The notes beneath the pieces are model-generated. The model was not told the origin of the DNA. It ran no database searches and saw nothing but the letters and a program-made list of their open reading frames with translations. A stretch of 64,000 nucleotides of DNA from Candidatus Latescibacterota bacterium (lineage in GTDB: Bacteria > Latescibacterota > UBA2968). A program made the position numbers and the translations under genes. The DNA is taken from the NCBI GenBank assembly GCA_965208125.1, contig OZ242320.1, positions 3,040,001 to 3,104,000 on the forward strand. Reading direction: 5' to 3'. Shown one piece after another: positions 50,476 through 59,321 of this stretch (position 1 is its first letter; every line of letters starts with the position of its first letter).

Positions 50476-51129
50476 TTACTGCCATTCTGGTGGTTTACGA
50501 AAAGTACCATTCGCATCAGTCAGTGTACCAGGAAGTTGACTGCGCTTAAGAATGCTGGGTCTAATTTCGCCTATAAACGTGGCGTATCTTTGAAGGTCTC
50601 TTGATTTTCTAATTATCTTTCGTGTGCCTGTATGTGGATCAATTGCACCAGTAGGAAATGCGACACCTACCTTCAGGTTTAGGTCTTGGGTCACAATTCG
50701 TAAGGCTTCTGATAAATCAGAATCATTTGATACAACAATAGCAACATCATAATCCTTTTTGTAAGCATCGTTTAACAGATGAACAGCCAAATTGACATCT
50801 GAACTTTTTTCTTCGGTTCTCAAAACTTCCACAGTGTTATGTGGTGGTGATGCTAATGGTAGTCTAACTTTGCGGGTCTGAAATCTTCCTTCAATAATTT
50901 CAATTTGTGAAAAAGTCCTTAAAGCCCGCAAATATATTTGTTGACGTACTGGTTTTCCCATGTCATCAGGGCGCGATTGTACAACCGAAGTGAAATACTT
51001 AATTTTATGAATCGTGTTTTGCGGGTATCTTTTTTGAACTAATTTAACTATATCCAACCACTTATAAGGCGTACCCTGAACGGCTCTATAATATAAATTA
51101 AGCCCATCAATATAGATATTTGTTTTCAT
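50476..51129 (-). CDS. NYN-domain (PIN-fold, LabA/DUF88-like) nuclease
   Basis: Acidic catalytic motifs YIDGLNLYY, EEKSSDV and VSNDSDL. Confidence 0.88.
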   Translation of the reverse strand: MKTNIYIDGLNLYYRAVQGTPYKWLDIVKLVQKRYPQNTIHKIKYFTSVVQSRPDDMGKPVRQQIYLRALRTFSQIEIIEGRFQTRKVRLPLASPPHNTVEVLRTEEKSSDVNLAVHLLNDAYKKDYDVAIVVSNDSDLSEALRIVTQDLNLKVGVAFPTGAIDPHTGTRKIIRKSRDLQRYATFIGEIRPSILKRSQLPGTLTDANGTFRKPPEWQ

Positions 51130-51148
51130 TAAATCCCCTAAAAATACA

Positions 51149-51247
51149 GGAGCCGTATAAAGATTCTATACGGCTCCGTGCCCTGCTCCCGAAGCAACAG
51201 GGGTGGTTAATTATTTGTATTATACAAAAGTAATAGCATAATATCAA
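51149..51247 (-). promoter_or_regulatory. Sigma70 promoter and two-hairpin leader of the NYN gene
   Basis: TTGATA-17-TATAAT (51247-51219); hairpins at 51181-51202 and 51149-51177 (11-bp perfect stem). Confidence 0.7.
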
Positions 51248-51286
51248 GTTTTTTTGGTCACTATTCTACATAATCCCCTGTGGGAC

Positions 51287-52611
51287 GGTCAAGTCCGAAA
51301 AGTTCTGTAAAATTGTAGCTTCGTGATATAGGGGTCAGAGCGTTTATTTCCAATCCGTCATGTCCAGGTAGCGTCTGCCGGTGATCCACTCGTCAGACCA
51401 CTCCATACACAACGCGCCGATGAGACGTTCACAAGCCTTTTGATTGGGGAAGATCTGCACCACATCGGCACGTCTTTTGATCTCACGATTGAGTCTCTCC
51501 AACAGGTTGGTGGTACGAATGCGTCTTTGATGCTTTTGGGGAAAGTGGAAGCAGGCCAGACAATGGATAATATCCCGGTCTATTTTGTCCACTATATTGG
51601 GCAGTATCTCTTCATAGGTGTCCATCATAGAAGATAGGCGGTCTTGTGCAGTGGCAAGATCGGGGGCATTGAAAACGTCTTTGAGTGCCTGTGCGACTTC
51701 GCGTTGATGCTTCGGCGGTGTGATACCTTTGATATTTCGGTGAAAGTGTGTCTGACAATGCTGCCAAGCGGCCCCCTGAAAGTGTCGTTTGATGGCGTTT
51801 TGTAAGCCTTCGTGGTGGTCAGAGATGACGAGATGCACACCCTTTAACCCACGCTTTTTAAGGTCTTTAAACAAGTCCGCATACGTGGCTTCTGTCTCAG
51901 TGTGCGCCACGTCAATGGCCAAAATGTCTCGGTGCCCACTCCCTGCGATCCCAGAAACGATTAAGACGCCTTCACAGGCGACCTGCCCCAAAGATCGGAT
52001 GTGGAGATAGGTCGCATCAATGATCAGATAGGGATACGCCTGTTCGAGAGGTCGCCCCCGCCAGGCGTTGATGTCTGCATCCAGGTCTTGACAAAGCTGT
52101 GAGATGTGAGACTTTGAGACGCTGGTCCCACATAAGGCTTCTGTGATCTTTGTCACCCTACGTGTGGAGACCCCTTGCAAATACGCCTCTTGAAGGGCAA
52201 GAATGAGGGCTTTTTCACTGCATTGAAAGCGTGAGAATAACTCACTGCAAAATCGCCCTTCCCGATCTTGAGGCACGCTTAGCTCGATACGGCCTACGCG
52301 CGTCTTGAGTATCCGCGGCTTATATCCGTTACGGTAGCCCGTACGAGTGGTCGTTCTTTGATAGGGTTCGGCTTGTAAAAACGACGTGATCTCGGCTTCG
52401 AGGAACTGTTGCAGGAAGCGAGTCACGGCCTGATTGAGAAAATCAGGAGCATTCAAAAGTGCAAATTGCTCTCTTTGAGAAATTTTAATATCTTTGGGGT
52501 GAGTCATCGTAGCCTCCAAGTTAGGGTTTATATTTCGTTCACCCCTATTTTAAGATTTTTCTCGGAGCTACGGTGACTTTTTACTTCTTACAGAAATTTA
52601 AGGACGCTATC
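51287..52611 (-). mobile_element. Complete IS256-family element
   Basis: Imperfect IRs ending TTCTGTAA; 8-bp target duplication TGTGGGAC at 51279-51286 and 52612-52619. Confidence 0.92.
51344..52519 (-). CDS. IS256 (mutator-type) transposase
   Basis: RNGYK.R, IDATY, SDHHEGL, CQTH, TTNLLER.NREIKRR. Confidence 0.95.
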   Translation of the reverse strand: MEATMTHPKDIKISQREQFALLNAPDFLNQAVTRFLQQFLEAEITSFLQAEPYQRTTTRTGYRNGYKPRILKTRVGRIELSVPQDREGRFCSELFSRFQCSEKALILALQEAYLQGVSTRRVTKITEALCGTSVSKSHISQLCQDLDADINAWRGRPLEQAYPYLIIDATYLHIRSLGQVACEGVLIVSGIAGSGHRDILAIDVAHTETEATYADLFKDLKKRGLKGVHLVISDHHEGLQNAIKRHFQGAAWQHCQTHFHRNIKGITPPKHQREVAQALKDVFNAPDLATAQDRLSSMMDTYEEILPNIVDKIDRDIIHCLACFHFPQKHQRRIRTTNLLERLNREIKRRADVVQIFPNQKACERLIGALCMEWSDEWITGRRYLDMTDWK

Positions 52612-52980
52612 TGTGGGACAGAGTATTTTGCTGGGTATGATAATAATATCGGCTTCTTTCAAAAGGCAATGCCAAAGATTCTAAACAAGATGATTGCCGC
52701 GCTTGGCGACAACCACGACGAGACAATCTTTCTTCTCGGATCAGATTATGAACAATGGAGCGTCTTGCGTTGTGGTAGCATCCGTCCAACATCCGGAGAG
52801 CCGGGAAAGGCAGACCGAATTGGTATAGACTTGCACAAGGATGGCAGTGACTACCGTAAGGGAAAGGGAAAGGCACTGATTGTCGAAGACCTTGCGGCCT
52901 ATCTTGCTCAGACCATTCACAGAGGCGATTTTTCAGTCTTTGAAAGGCAGATGCCCTTTCTATTCAATACACAATTTTAA
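52612..52980 (+). pseudogene. 3' part of an unknown gene; 5' part lost at the IS/cassette junction
   Basis: Open frame of about 120 codons whose called start lies inside the IS; followed by a terminator-like stem at 53026-53088. Confidence 0.45.
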
Positions 52981-53170
52981 GGAAAAAAGAAGGAGGGCCT
53001 ATGACTATGTGAAGCGTAGAAACGGAAAGCCCCAATTAAGTTTTTCATGAGGGAGAAACACGGTTTGTTGGGGCTTTCTGTTTTTTTATGCTCAACAGAA
53101 AGCCACGCACGCAGTATATTGTGCGCTGATATGCAAGGTCTTGCCCCTTCAACGCAGAAAGGATCTGACA

Positions 53171-53989
53171 ATGACAATATATTACTTATTAACAAATAGA
53201 GCAATGCCCGGGCTTGTGAAAATTGGACAAACAAATAAAACCGTAAATCAAAGAATAAAAGCTCTCTACTCTACAGGTGTTCCAACCCCTTTTGTTTGCC
53301 AATATGCTGTTGAAGTACCTTCTAATAACAAAGAAAATTATGAAAAATTGATGCATGATGCCTTAGACACATTACGGTATAATCCCGATAGAGAGTTCTT
53401 TGAAATTCCTGTAGATGATGCTATTAGCCTAATGAAAATGATACCAGGCACCCCTTTGCCTTTTCCCTCAACCGAAACACGCCCTATTGCTTTTGGACTT
53501 GGGGAAGAAATTAGTCCTGATGATCTCCAAACAAAGAAACAACGGCCTCAATTTCGGTTTTCAATGATTGGATTAAAAGTGGGGGATCCTGTGGCTTATC
53601 GTGATGATATATCTGTAGTTGCTGTTGTTTGTGATGACAAAAATGTAATGTATAATGAAACAAAGATGAGTTTAAGCAAAGCTGCGAAAATAATTGGAGG
53701 CTCAGATGTCTCAGGTCCAAGGATGTGGAAATACCATGGAGAAATCTTAGATAACATACGCACAAGAATGGAGAAAGAGGCAGAAGATAGCGAAACACGG
53801 CGAATAAATATACACGGCGATGTTGGGATAAACGGGAAAACAGGCGAGAAATGCCAAAGTAATGGACTATATCAAGCTGAGTGCTGCCACCAAGAAAATA
53901 TAGCAATTAAACAGAATGATTTTTTTCCTCCTTGCAGTATAGGATATCACGGTGTTTCTTGGAGACAGACAGGGACTTATCAGCCTTAA
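53171..53989 (+). CDS. GIY-YIG/T5orf172 nuclease fused to a RAMA-like domain and a YjzC-like tail
   Basis: YLLTN.AMPGLVKIG.T...R...REFF; FRFSMIG...SGP..WKY.GE.L; TGEKC..NGLY...FPPC...W. Confidence 0.75.
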   Translation: MTIYYLLTNRAMPGLVKIGQTNKTVNQRIKALYSTGVPTPFVCQYAVEVPSNNKENYEKLMHDALDTLRYNPDREFFEIPVDDAISLMKMIPGTPLPFPSTETRPIAFGLGEEISPDDLQTKKQRPQFRFSMIGLKVGDPVAYRDDISVVAVVCDDKNVMYNETKMSLSKAAKIIGGSDVSGPRMWKYHGEILDNIRTRMEKEAEDSETRRINIHGDVGINGKTGEKCQSNGLYQAECCHQENIAIKQNDFFPPCSIGYHGVSWRQTGTYQP

Positions 53990-54109
53990 AACGCAGTATA
54001 TTCTATTCGAGTGTGTAGCAAGATGTGCAAGGTCTTGCTCCTTCCCTTTACGTGGCGACGAAGAGGCGGAGCCATCCGGGTGCTCTACGCGAAGAGAAGG
54101 AGCAAGAAA

Positions 54110-54478
54110 ATGGAAGTAGAAATCAAACATGTGCCTGAGGGCTCCGCGACCGAAACCAGAACCATTATGTTTGATGTTTTCGTCAAAGGCGTAACCACCC
54201 CAATCTCAGAGGCAGAAATCATATTGAGCGTTAGTAATATGGCGAGTGAACGTCCGAGGACTGTCACCATCTGCGACACTAACTTTGAAAATTCAGCAAT
54301 AGAAAGGGAGGACATTCAACTCAGAAACAAAACGCCCAAAAAACTGCAAGCATCTGGCTTTCTCGCAAGAGTTGAAATTCCCCGAGTAGGCATTGTGCGA
54401 GTTGAGAAAGTTACGTTGACAGGATCACCTGAATATCCAAAAATTGTTCTTTCATCAAACATGACTCTCCGCTATTGA
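54110..54478 (+). CDS. Hypothetical protein (122 aa)
   Basis: SD AAGGAG before the ATG at 54110; no recognisable motif. Confidence 0.55.
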   Translation: MEVEIKHVPEGSATETRTIMFDVFVKGVTTPISEAEIILSVSNMASERPRTVTICDTNFENSAIEREDIQLRNKTPKKLQASGFLARVEIPRVGIVRVEKVTLTGSPEYPKIVLSSNMTLRY

Positions 54479-54618
54479 TAATTTTGTTCAATTGAGGAAA
54501 GAATATCTTGGCCACACTCAGGGCAGACTTTGCTGGAACACCTATCTAAGTCTGCCAATTTCCTTTTTCTCGATCGTTCCCGAAATTTCTTTATTTTATC
54601 TCGGGTGTAAGTACCTTT

Positions 54619-54871
54619 TGGAGTTACCCCGTTTTGGTGGAGTATTTAGGGCTTGGGTTTCAAGCCTGTGATTGATGCAGTTTTGCGTAAGCTATCGGCG
54701 CATGGTAGGCGATGGTATTGAGTCCTTTTGGAGACGTTTTAAGACGGAAAACAAAACTTTGCTTGTGTGCCACAAGAAGTGGTGCAGGCAATTCTTATGA
54801 GAAATATCACGGCTAATCCTTAGCACAAATTAGCCTACAAATTGCTGGTTCAAATTTTGGGTCACAGATCC
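54619..54871. mobile_element. IS3-family remnants: two different IS ends enclosing an OrfB fragment
   Basis: 54619-54665 matches the reverse complement of 32001-32047 (42/47); internal IESFWRRFKTEN; right end identical to 29205-29229. Confidence 0.7.
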
Positions 54872-54973
54872 CTCGTCAACTAACTGGTTGTGCCATCTCA
54901 GCCAATCAGGGTGCAGTATTTCCCAATAAGTTGTCCTATGCACGCCAGAAACTAAATACATAAAATCCTCCTT

Positions 54974-55026
54974 AAAAAATTATCAAACTTGACAAAAAAT
55001 TATCAAGTTTAAAAAGAAATTGTCAA
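54974..55026. promoter_or_regulatory. Three 13-bp direct repeats at a 20-bp period (operator-like)
   Basis: AAAAAATTATCAA x2 plus AAGAAATTGTCAA. Confidence 0.55.
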
Positions 55027-55424
55027 ATTCACAAAATACAATACTTTATACAAAAAACACACTGGATTTGTCGTTAAACTGCAAGAAAAAAAGTGAGCGA
55101 ATTGGTCAAGAGAGATCTGCGGTTGGAAAAGCGGTTGTTTGTGGCCTGAATTCAGGTTCTGTAAGCCCTATGTTTATTGCATTGAGACAGAATTCGGAAT
55201 TCGGCAACATCATCCAAAACGGGTCAAGTCCACTTTTGCCCAAAGGTATTTATGGTGTTGTTTTCGATATTGCCCGTTCTGGGTATGATCGTTGGCTCTG
55301 GTTTGCAAGAAAATAGGGGGTGAAATAGTTTGCGTGAGTGGAGGATTTTGGTTGTCATTGTGGCCTGTTTTAGCCGCCACGCGTAGCACAACGCCAGTAA
55401 TCCAGTTGTAAAATATTAAAATAG

Positions 55425-55456
55425 AAAAGCCGAAGGTCTAAAAACCCTCGGCTTTT
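55425..55456. terminator. Terminator after dndE
   Basis: AAAAGCCGA(A)GG-loop-CC(C)TCGGCTTTT. Confidence 0.75.
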
Positions 55457-55482
55457 TGTTTTGATCTGATGCCTTCTAAAAA

Positions 55483-55848
55483 TCATTTCCGCGGTAAGAG
55501 TCGCTGTAGGTCACTTAAGTCCTTGCAATTTTGATAAAGTGTTAGAACCCCGCGATTAAGATGCGCTCGGAAATAGTCTTCTAAACCATTCTCAGTATCT
55601 AACCCGTCATTGAAACAGCGCTGTTTTAATAGAGCAACAAAGAGGCTGTCCCATTCACCTGTTAGTGTATATCGATTGAACTCCTGCCCATCTTCGGGAT
55701 AAACATCTGCGTTGGGCAGGCCACTCTCTCGAAGCGACAGGCAGAAACCGATCCGGCATAAGATATTTGGCGTTAATCCCGTTCTGCCTTTTAAATGTCT
55801 AAGCCGGTTGGAGGCTTCCAAGCAGAGCTTGATCTTGTTGAGTTTCAT
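55483..55848 (-). CDS. dndE: DNA sulfur modification protein DndE
   Basis: LKGRTGLTPNILCRIGFCLSL, EFNRYTL.GE, HL.RG. Confidence 0.93.
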   Translation of the reverse strand: MKLNKIKLCLEASNRLRHLKGRTGLTPNILCRIGFCLSLRESGLPNADVYPEDGQEFNRYTLTGEWDSLFVALLKQRCFNDGLDTENGLEDYFRAHLNRGVLTLYQNCKDLSDLQRLLPRK

Positions 55849-57871
55849 GATCGGACTCTCTGTGTTTCCAAAAATAACCTTCGGATGCTGCGGATGATTC
55901 AGTCTCGGGACTGTATTGCAAGTGGTATGCGTGAGAAATGAATGGATTCAGTGCTTTGATATACTTTTGATCAATTTCTGTGTCAGTGGAAAGAATGATA
56001 ACCTGGTGACTGGCTTTAGAAAAGTAGCACTCTATCAGGTTGTGGCGATGGTCACTGTCAAGTCGCCCGAGAGGTGTATCGATAATTACGGGTAGTGGGC
56101 GTCCTGATGTTTGTGCCAATGCCCAGAGCATGGATATGGCGTAGATTTGTTTTTCTCCCGCAGATAACTGCTTTTTGGGAATGGCTTGACCTTGACGGTC
56201 ATAAAGGGTTACAGAGAATGTTTTGGGATCAATTTCAATACGGCGTATCATATCGCTTTTGCGGCAAAGCAGGTCGAAACATTGAGCCACAGCATGCTCC
56301 AGTTTACGCACCTTTGTTTGTGCCAGTTGATCAAAGTATTCGCCCAGAACGCCCTGGACACCATTGATCAATTTGAGACGATGGTCCATGTCTTCTTCAA
56401 GGGATAGTTCATCCAGTGCTTTTTGATATTCTCGATTGGTCTCTTTAAGCTGGTATTCATGCTGGCGGATTTCTCTTTCAATGCGCTCTGATTTGGTATT
56501 GAGTGATCCCAGGGTCTGGTTTAGATCATTCATTTTTTTGATATGCGGAGCAATTGCATCATCATCGGGAATGCGCTGTAAGTTCGTTTCGACTTTTTCG
56601 AGTTCTGTCAATGCTTTTTCAAGTTGACGGGTCTTGGCAATTACAACGTCACGACTAACTGGCGCGCCGCTTTTGGCCCAATTAATCAATTGAGCACCTT
56701 CGTCCTGAGAAAAGTTGTGTAAAATTTTAATGGTTTCAAAGTCTTCAGGAGGTTGGAATGCCTCTATGATCATAGAACCAATTTGGTCTATCAGGTTCTC
56801 ATTGTCAGCAATTGGGGGTTTTAATATTCCGTTGTTGAGATTTTCTTTTATATCTTCCCAACGAGTCTGTGCAACATCCTCCACGATGTGCCATTTTTGG
56901 ACTTCATTCTCACCTTGAACTTGCTGCGTAAGTTGCTCACATAATTCGGGTACCAATGAAAAGGGGAATAGGCGTGAGCATTCTTCTCGAATGCGGCTTT
57001 TAAATTGTTCAATTTGTGTCTGCAAAGAAGCGTGTTGAGATTTAAATTCCTGCCGTCTTTGTGCGTATTTTCCACCCGCTACTGCAAATTCGGTTTCGGC
57101 TTCTTCAATTTTGGCTGTTACACGTTGCAAATGTGCTTCAATCTGTGCCCTGTCTTGCCTTAAGTCTGAGAGTTGTTCATCAAGCGCAAATTGTCTTTTT
57201 TCAATATCTTTTAAGTATTTTTCTGTTTTTCCGTCTTGTGCTTTCTTTTTTTGACGGTTTGAATAAGTAGTCAAATCAGATTTTAACTGTTCAATGATGT
57301 CCAGACTGAGCATTGATTTGACAGATTCCGCCAGGATAGTGCCACCCTCTTCTTCAGCGAGATTTTGAATTTTTTCACCATCAAAGAAAAAGAGCTGTGA
57401 AACACCTATAGGAACCAAATCATTCAGAAACTCTTGCACTTGTTCCGTCTCAAACAGTTCTTCTCCATTTTCTTCAAGCGTCAATTGTTCTTCTATCTCA
57501 TCTTTCATAGAGTCCAATTTTTTCCAGGCTCTTTTTACAGTATAAAGGTGCTGTTCTCCAAACTTGGCGTAGGAAAACACAAGCTGGATGCTTGTATTTT
57601 TTAACTTTACACCCCCACCGCCTCTGGGGCGATGTATGCGTCCTGAAATGTACTTGCAATAGTCTCGATTGCTCATTCGACGATCAAGCGCGTTTTTGCC
57701 ATAAAGACAAAGCAGGATGGCTTCGAGGAAGGTAGTTTTTCCAGCCCCGTTTTTGCCCCCAAAAAGAATAATCGGACTTGTCTTGCGATATTTGGTACGC
57801 GGTTCAAGATCAAAGTCATGTGAACCACAAAAAAGTCCAAAATTTTGGATGGATAGGGTTTTAAAAATCAT
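55799..57871 (-). CDS. dndD: DNA sulfur modification ATPase DndD
   Basis: GGKNGAGKTT, FFFDGEKI, LSAGEKQ, IDTPLGRLD, STDTEID. Confidence 0.95.
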   Translation of the reverse strand: MIFKTLSIQNFGLFCGSHDFDLEPRTKYRKTSPIILFGGKNGAGKTTFLEAILLCLYGKNALDRRMSNRDYCKYISGRIHRPRGGGGVKLKNTSIQLVFSYAKFGEQHLYTVKRAWKKLDSMKDEIEEQLTLEENGEELFETEQVQEFLNDLVPIGVSQLFFFDGEKIQNLAEEEGGTILAESVKSMLSLDIIEQLKSDLTTYSNRQKKKAQDGKTEKYLKDIEKRQFALDEQLSDLRQDRAQIEAHLQRVTAKIEEAETEFAVAGGKYAQRRQEFKSQHASLQTQIEQFKSRIREECSRLFPFSLVPELCEQLTQQVQGENEVQKWHIVEDVAQTRWEDIKENLNNGILKPPIADNENLIDQIGSMIIEAFQPPEDFETIKILHNFSQDEGAQLINWAKSGAPVSRDVVIAKTRQLEKALTELEKVETNLQRIPDDDAIAPHIKKMNDLNQTLGSLNTKSERIEREIRQHEYQLKETNREYQKALDELSLEEDMDHRLKLINGVQGVLGEYFDQLAQTKVRKLEHAVAQCFDLLCRKSDMIRRIEIDPKTFSVTLYDRQGQAIPKKQLSAGEKQIYAISMLWALAQTSGRPLPVIIDTPLGRLDSDHRHNLIECYFSKASHQVIILSTDTEIDQKYIKALNPFISHAYHLQYSPETESSAASEGYFWKHRESDHETQQDQALLGSLQPA

Positions 57872-59316
57872 CTTTGAACACTTGCCTTTCGAGATCGCCG
57901 CTTTAATTCCCGTTCAATAGCCTCTTCCTCATTTTGCCATTCCTCGGTGAGCACTGCTTCGAGCTCTTTAGAGATGTTTGAACGATAAGCCATCCCATTC
58001 ATGGAAAGTTCGACATCCAGTAGCTTCATAACAAGTTTGGGTGGAATATTTCGCTCCTCACAGATTTTCTCCAATATAGAACGATCCTGGGGAGTAAAAC
58101 TCCCGGTATCATCTTCGGCCCAGGTTAAGTCATCACCTATAACCTCCTGGTAGATCTTCGGTACACTGTCTTCCCAATCCTGTTCTTCCATCCGCCAGAT
58201 TCGTCTGATTTCCTGTAATTCTTCGGGATGAATGAGTGTGGCATTCGGATCAGGCCCATTTTCACGCACTGATTGTTGTGCTTGTAAAACCATGCGTAAA
58301 ATTTCTTGCCGAATTCTCAAAAAATAGGGGCCAGGAACTACTTTTTGTTCGTTGCTGCGATCCAGCATAATGCGTCCATTGCGACGTTTGTAGTCTCTGT
58401 ATTCTCGCTTCTTTTCCGGATCTTGAGTAGCTGCCAACCAGTCGCGTAATTCCAGTAGTGGCTCCATCCAGTATTCGCCATTATCAATCATTGACTCCAT
58501 TGCTTTGTCCTGGGTTACGACTGTACAGACCCAACAGCCAAAGCGACTGTTTCCACAGGAAGGCGTTGTGGTGTCAATAACAAGGGGACATTCACCTGCC
58601 TGGGAGTTCTTGTAGAGTGCAACGAGGTCTCGATTGTTATTGCCCCAGGGAGATTTCCACTGGAGCAAATAGGTCCAGACATCATTGGTTGTAAAGTTCT
58701 CAATTGGCGTGTACACGTAAGCGCGAGGCAGTGTTGAATGCCGCTTGAGGCGATTACCCGTAATTTTGTGCAAGCTCATAACCTGAGCACGCGTTGCACT
58801 TTCATCGCTACGCACGCCGAGTACCATAATGACTTCGCCGTATTCTGCAACTCGCTCTAAAATGAATCGATTGGCGGGATCAATTTTCATTCGCTCAGTA
58901 CACCAGCGAAATGTTGTGGTAGGTGCAGGATAGCCACGACCAATGAGGTTGGTCCAAAAGCTATCTTCCATCAACGGCATAACTTTTTCAGCCTGAAAAG
59001 GCATGCCCTGGATTTTGGCTGCTTCGTTAATTCGATTCAGTGTGTTGTCGATGTAATCCACGATAACAGGTGTTTCGACCAGTGTATCGGATGATATTAC
59101 AAAGATCATTTTTTCCCGTTTTTCGCGCGGTAGTTCAGAGATGGCATACCATATTGCTTGAAGGGCTGTGGTGGAATCCTTGCCGCCGCTGTAACCGATA
59201 ATCCAGGGACGGTCATCGGATAAGTAAAGGTCTCGGATTTCTTCGTATAGGTCTTTTAGACCTTCACCGCTTAGATTCGAGGCACCATTCAAATCCTGTT
59301 TTCTAATTTCTATCAT
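57868..59316 (-). CDS. dndC: Phosphorothioation sulfurtransferase DndC
   Basis: PW.IGYSGGKDS, RWCTERMKI, CGNSRFGCWVCT. Confidence 0.96.
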   Translation of the reverse strand: MIEIRKQDLNGASNLSGEGLKDLYEEIRDLYLSDDRPWIIGYSGGKDSTTALQAIWYAISELPREKREKMIFVISSDTLVETPVIVDYIDNTLNRINEAAKIQGMPFQAEKVMPLMEDSFWTNLIGRGYPAPTTTFRWCTERMKIDPANRFILERVAEYGEVIMVLGVRSDESATRAQVMSLHKITGNRLKRHSTLPRAYVYTPIENFTTNDVWTYLLQWKSPWGNNNRDLVALYKNSQAGECPLVIDTTTPSCGNSRFGCWVCTVVTQDKAMESMIDNGEYWMEPLLELRDWLAATQDPEKKREYRDYKRRNGRIMLDRSNEQKVVPGPYFLRIRQEILRMVLQAQQSVRENGPDPNATLIHPEELQEIRRIWRMEEQDWEDSVPKIYQEVIGDDLTWAEDDTGSFTPQDRSILEKICEERNIPPKLVMKLLDVELSMNGMAYRSNISKELEAVLTEEWQNEEEAIERELKRRSRKASVQR

Positions 59317-59321
59317 GGCGT

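Larger units (their letters stand above)
50438..51278. mobile_element. Non-autonomous cassette bounded by 23-bp terminal inverted repeats (IS1595/ISNwi1-like ends)
   Basis: GGGGGTTATGTAGGATAGTGACC (50438-50460) versus the reverse complement of 51256-51278, 21/23 identical; no transposase and no TSD seen. Confidence 0.7.

Noticed and set aside
50438-51278. Cassette ends as Xer/dif (pdif) sites
   Set aside because: TTATGTAGRAT resembles a XerD arm, but no XerC arm lies 6 bp away and identity stops at the terminal GGGG, which fits transposon IRs better.
55020-55316. 98-aa ORF
   Set aside because: TTG start inside the repeat array, no RBS and no motif; probably non-coding.
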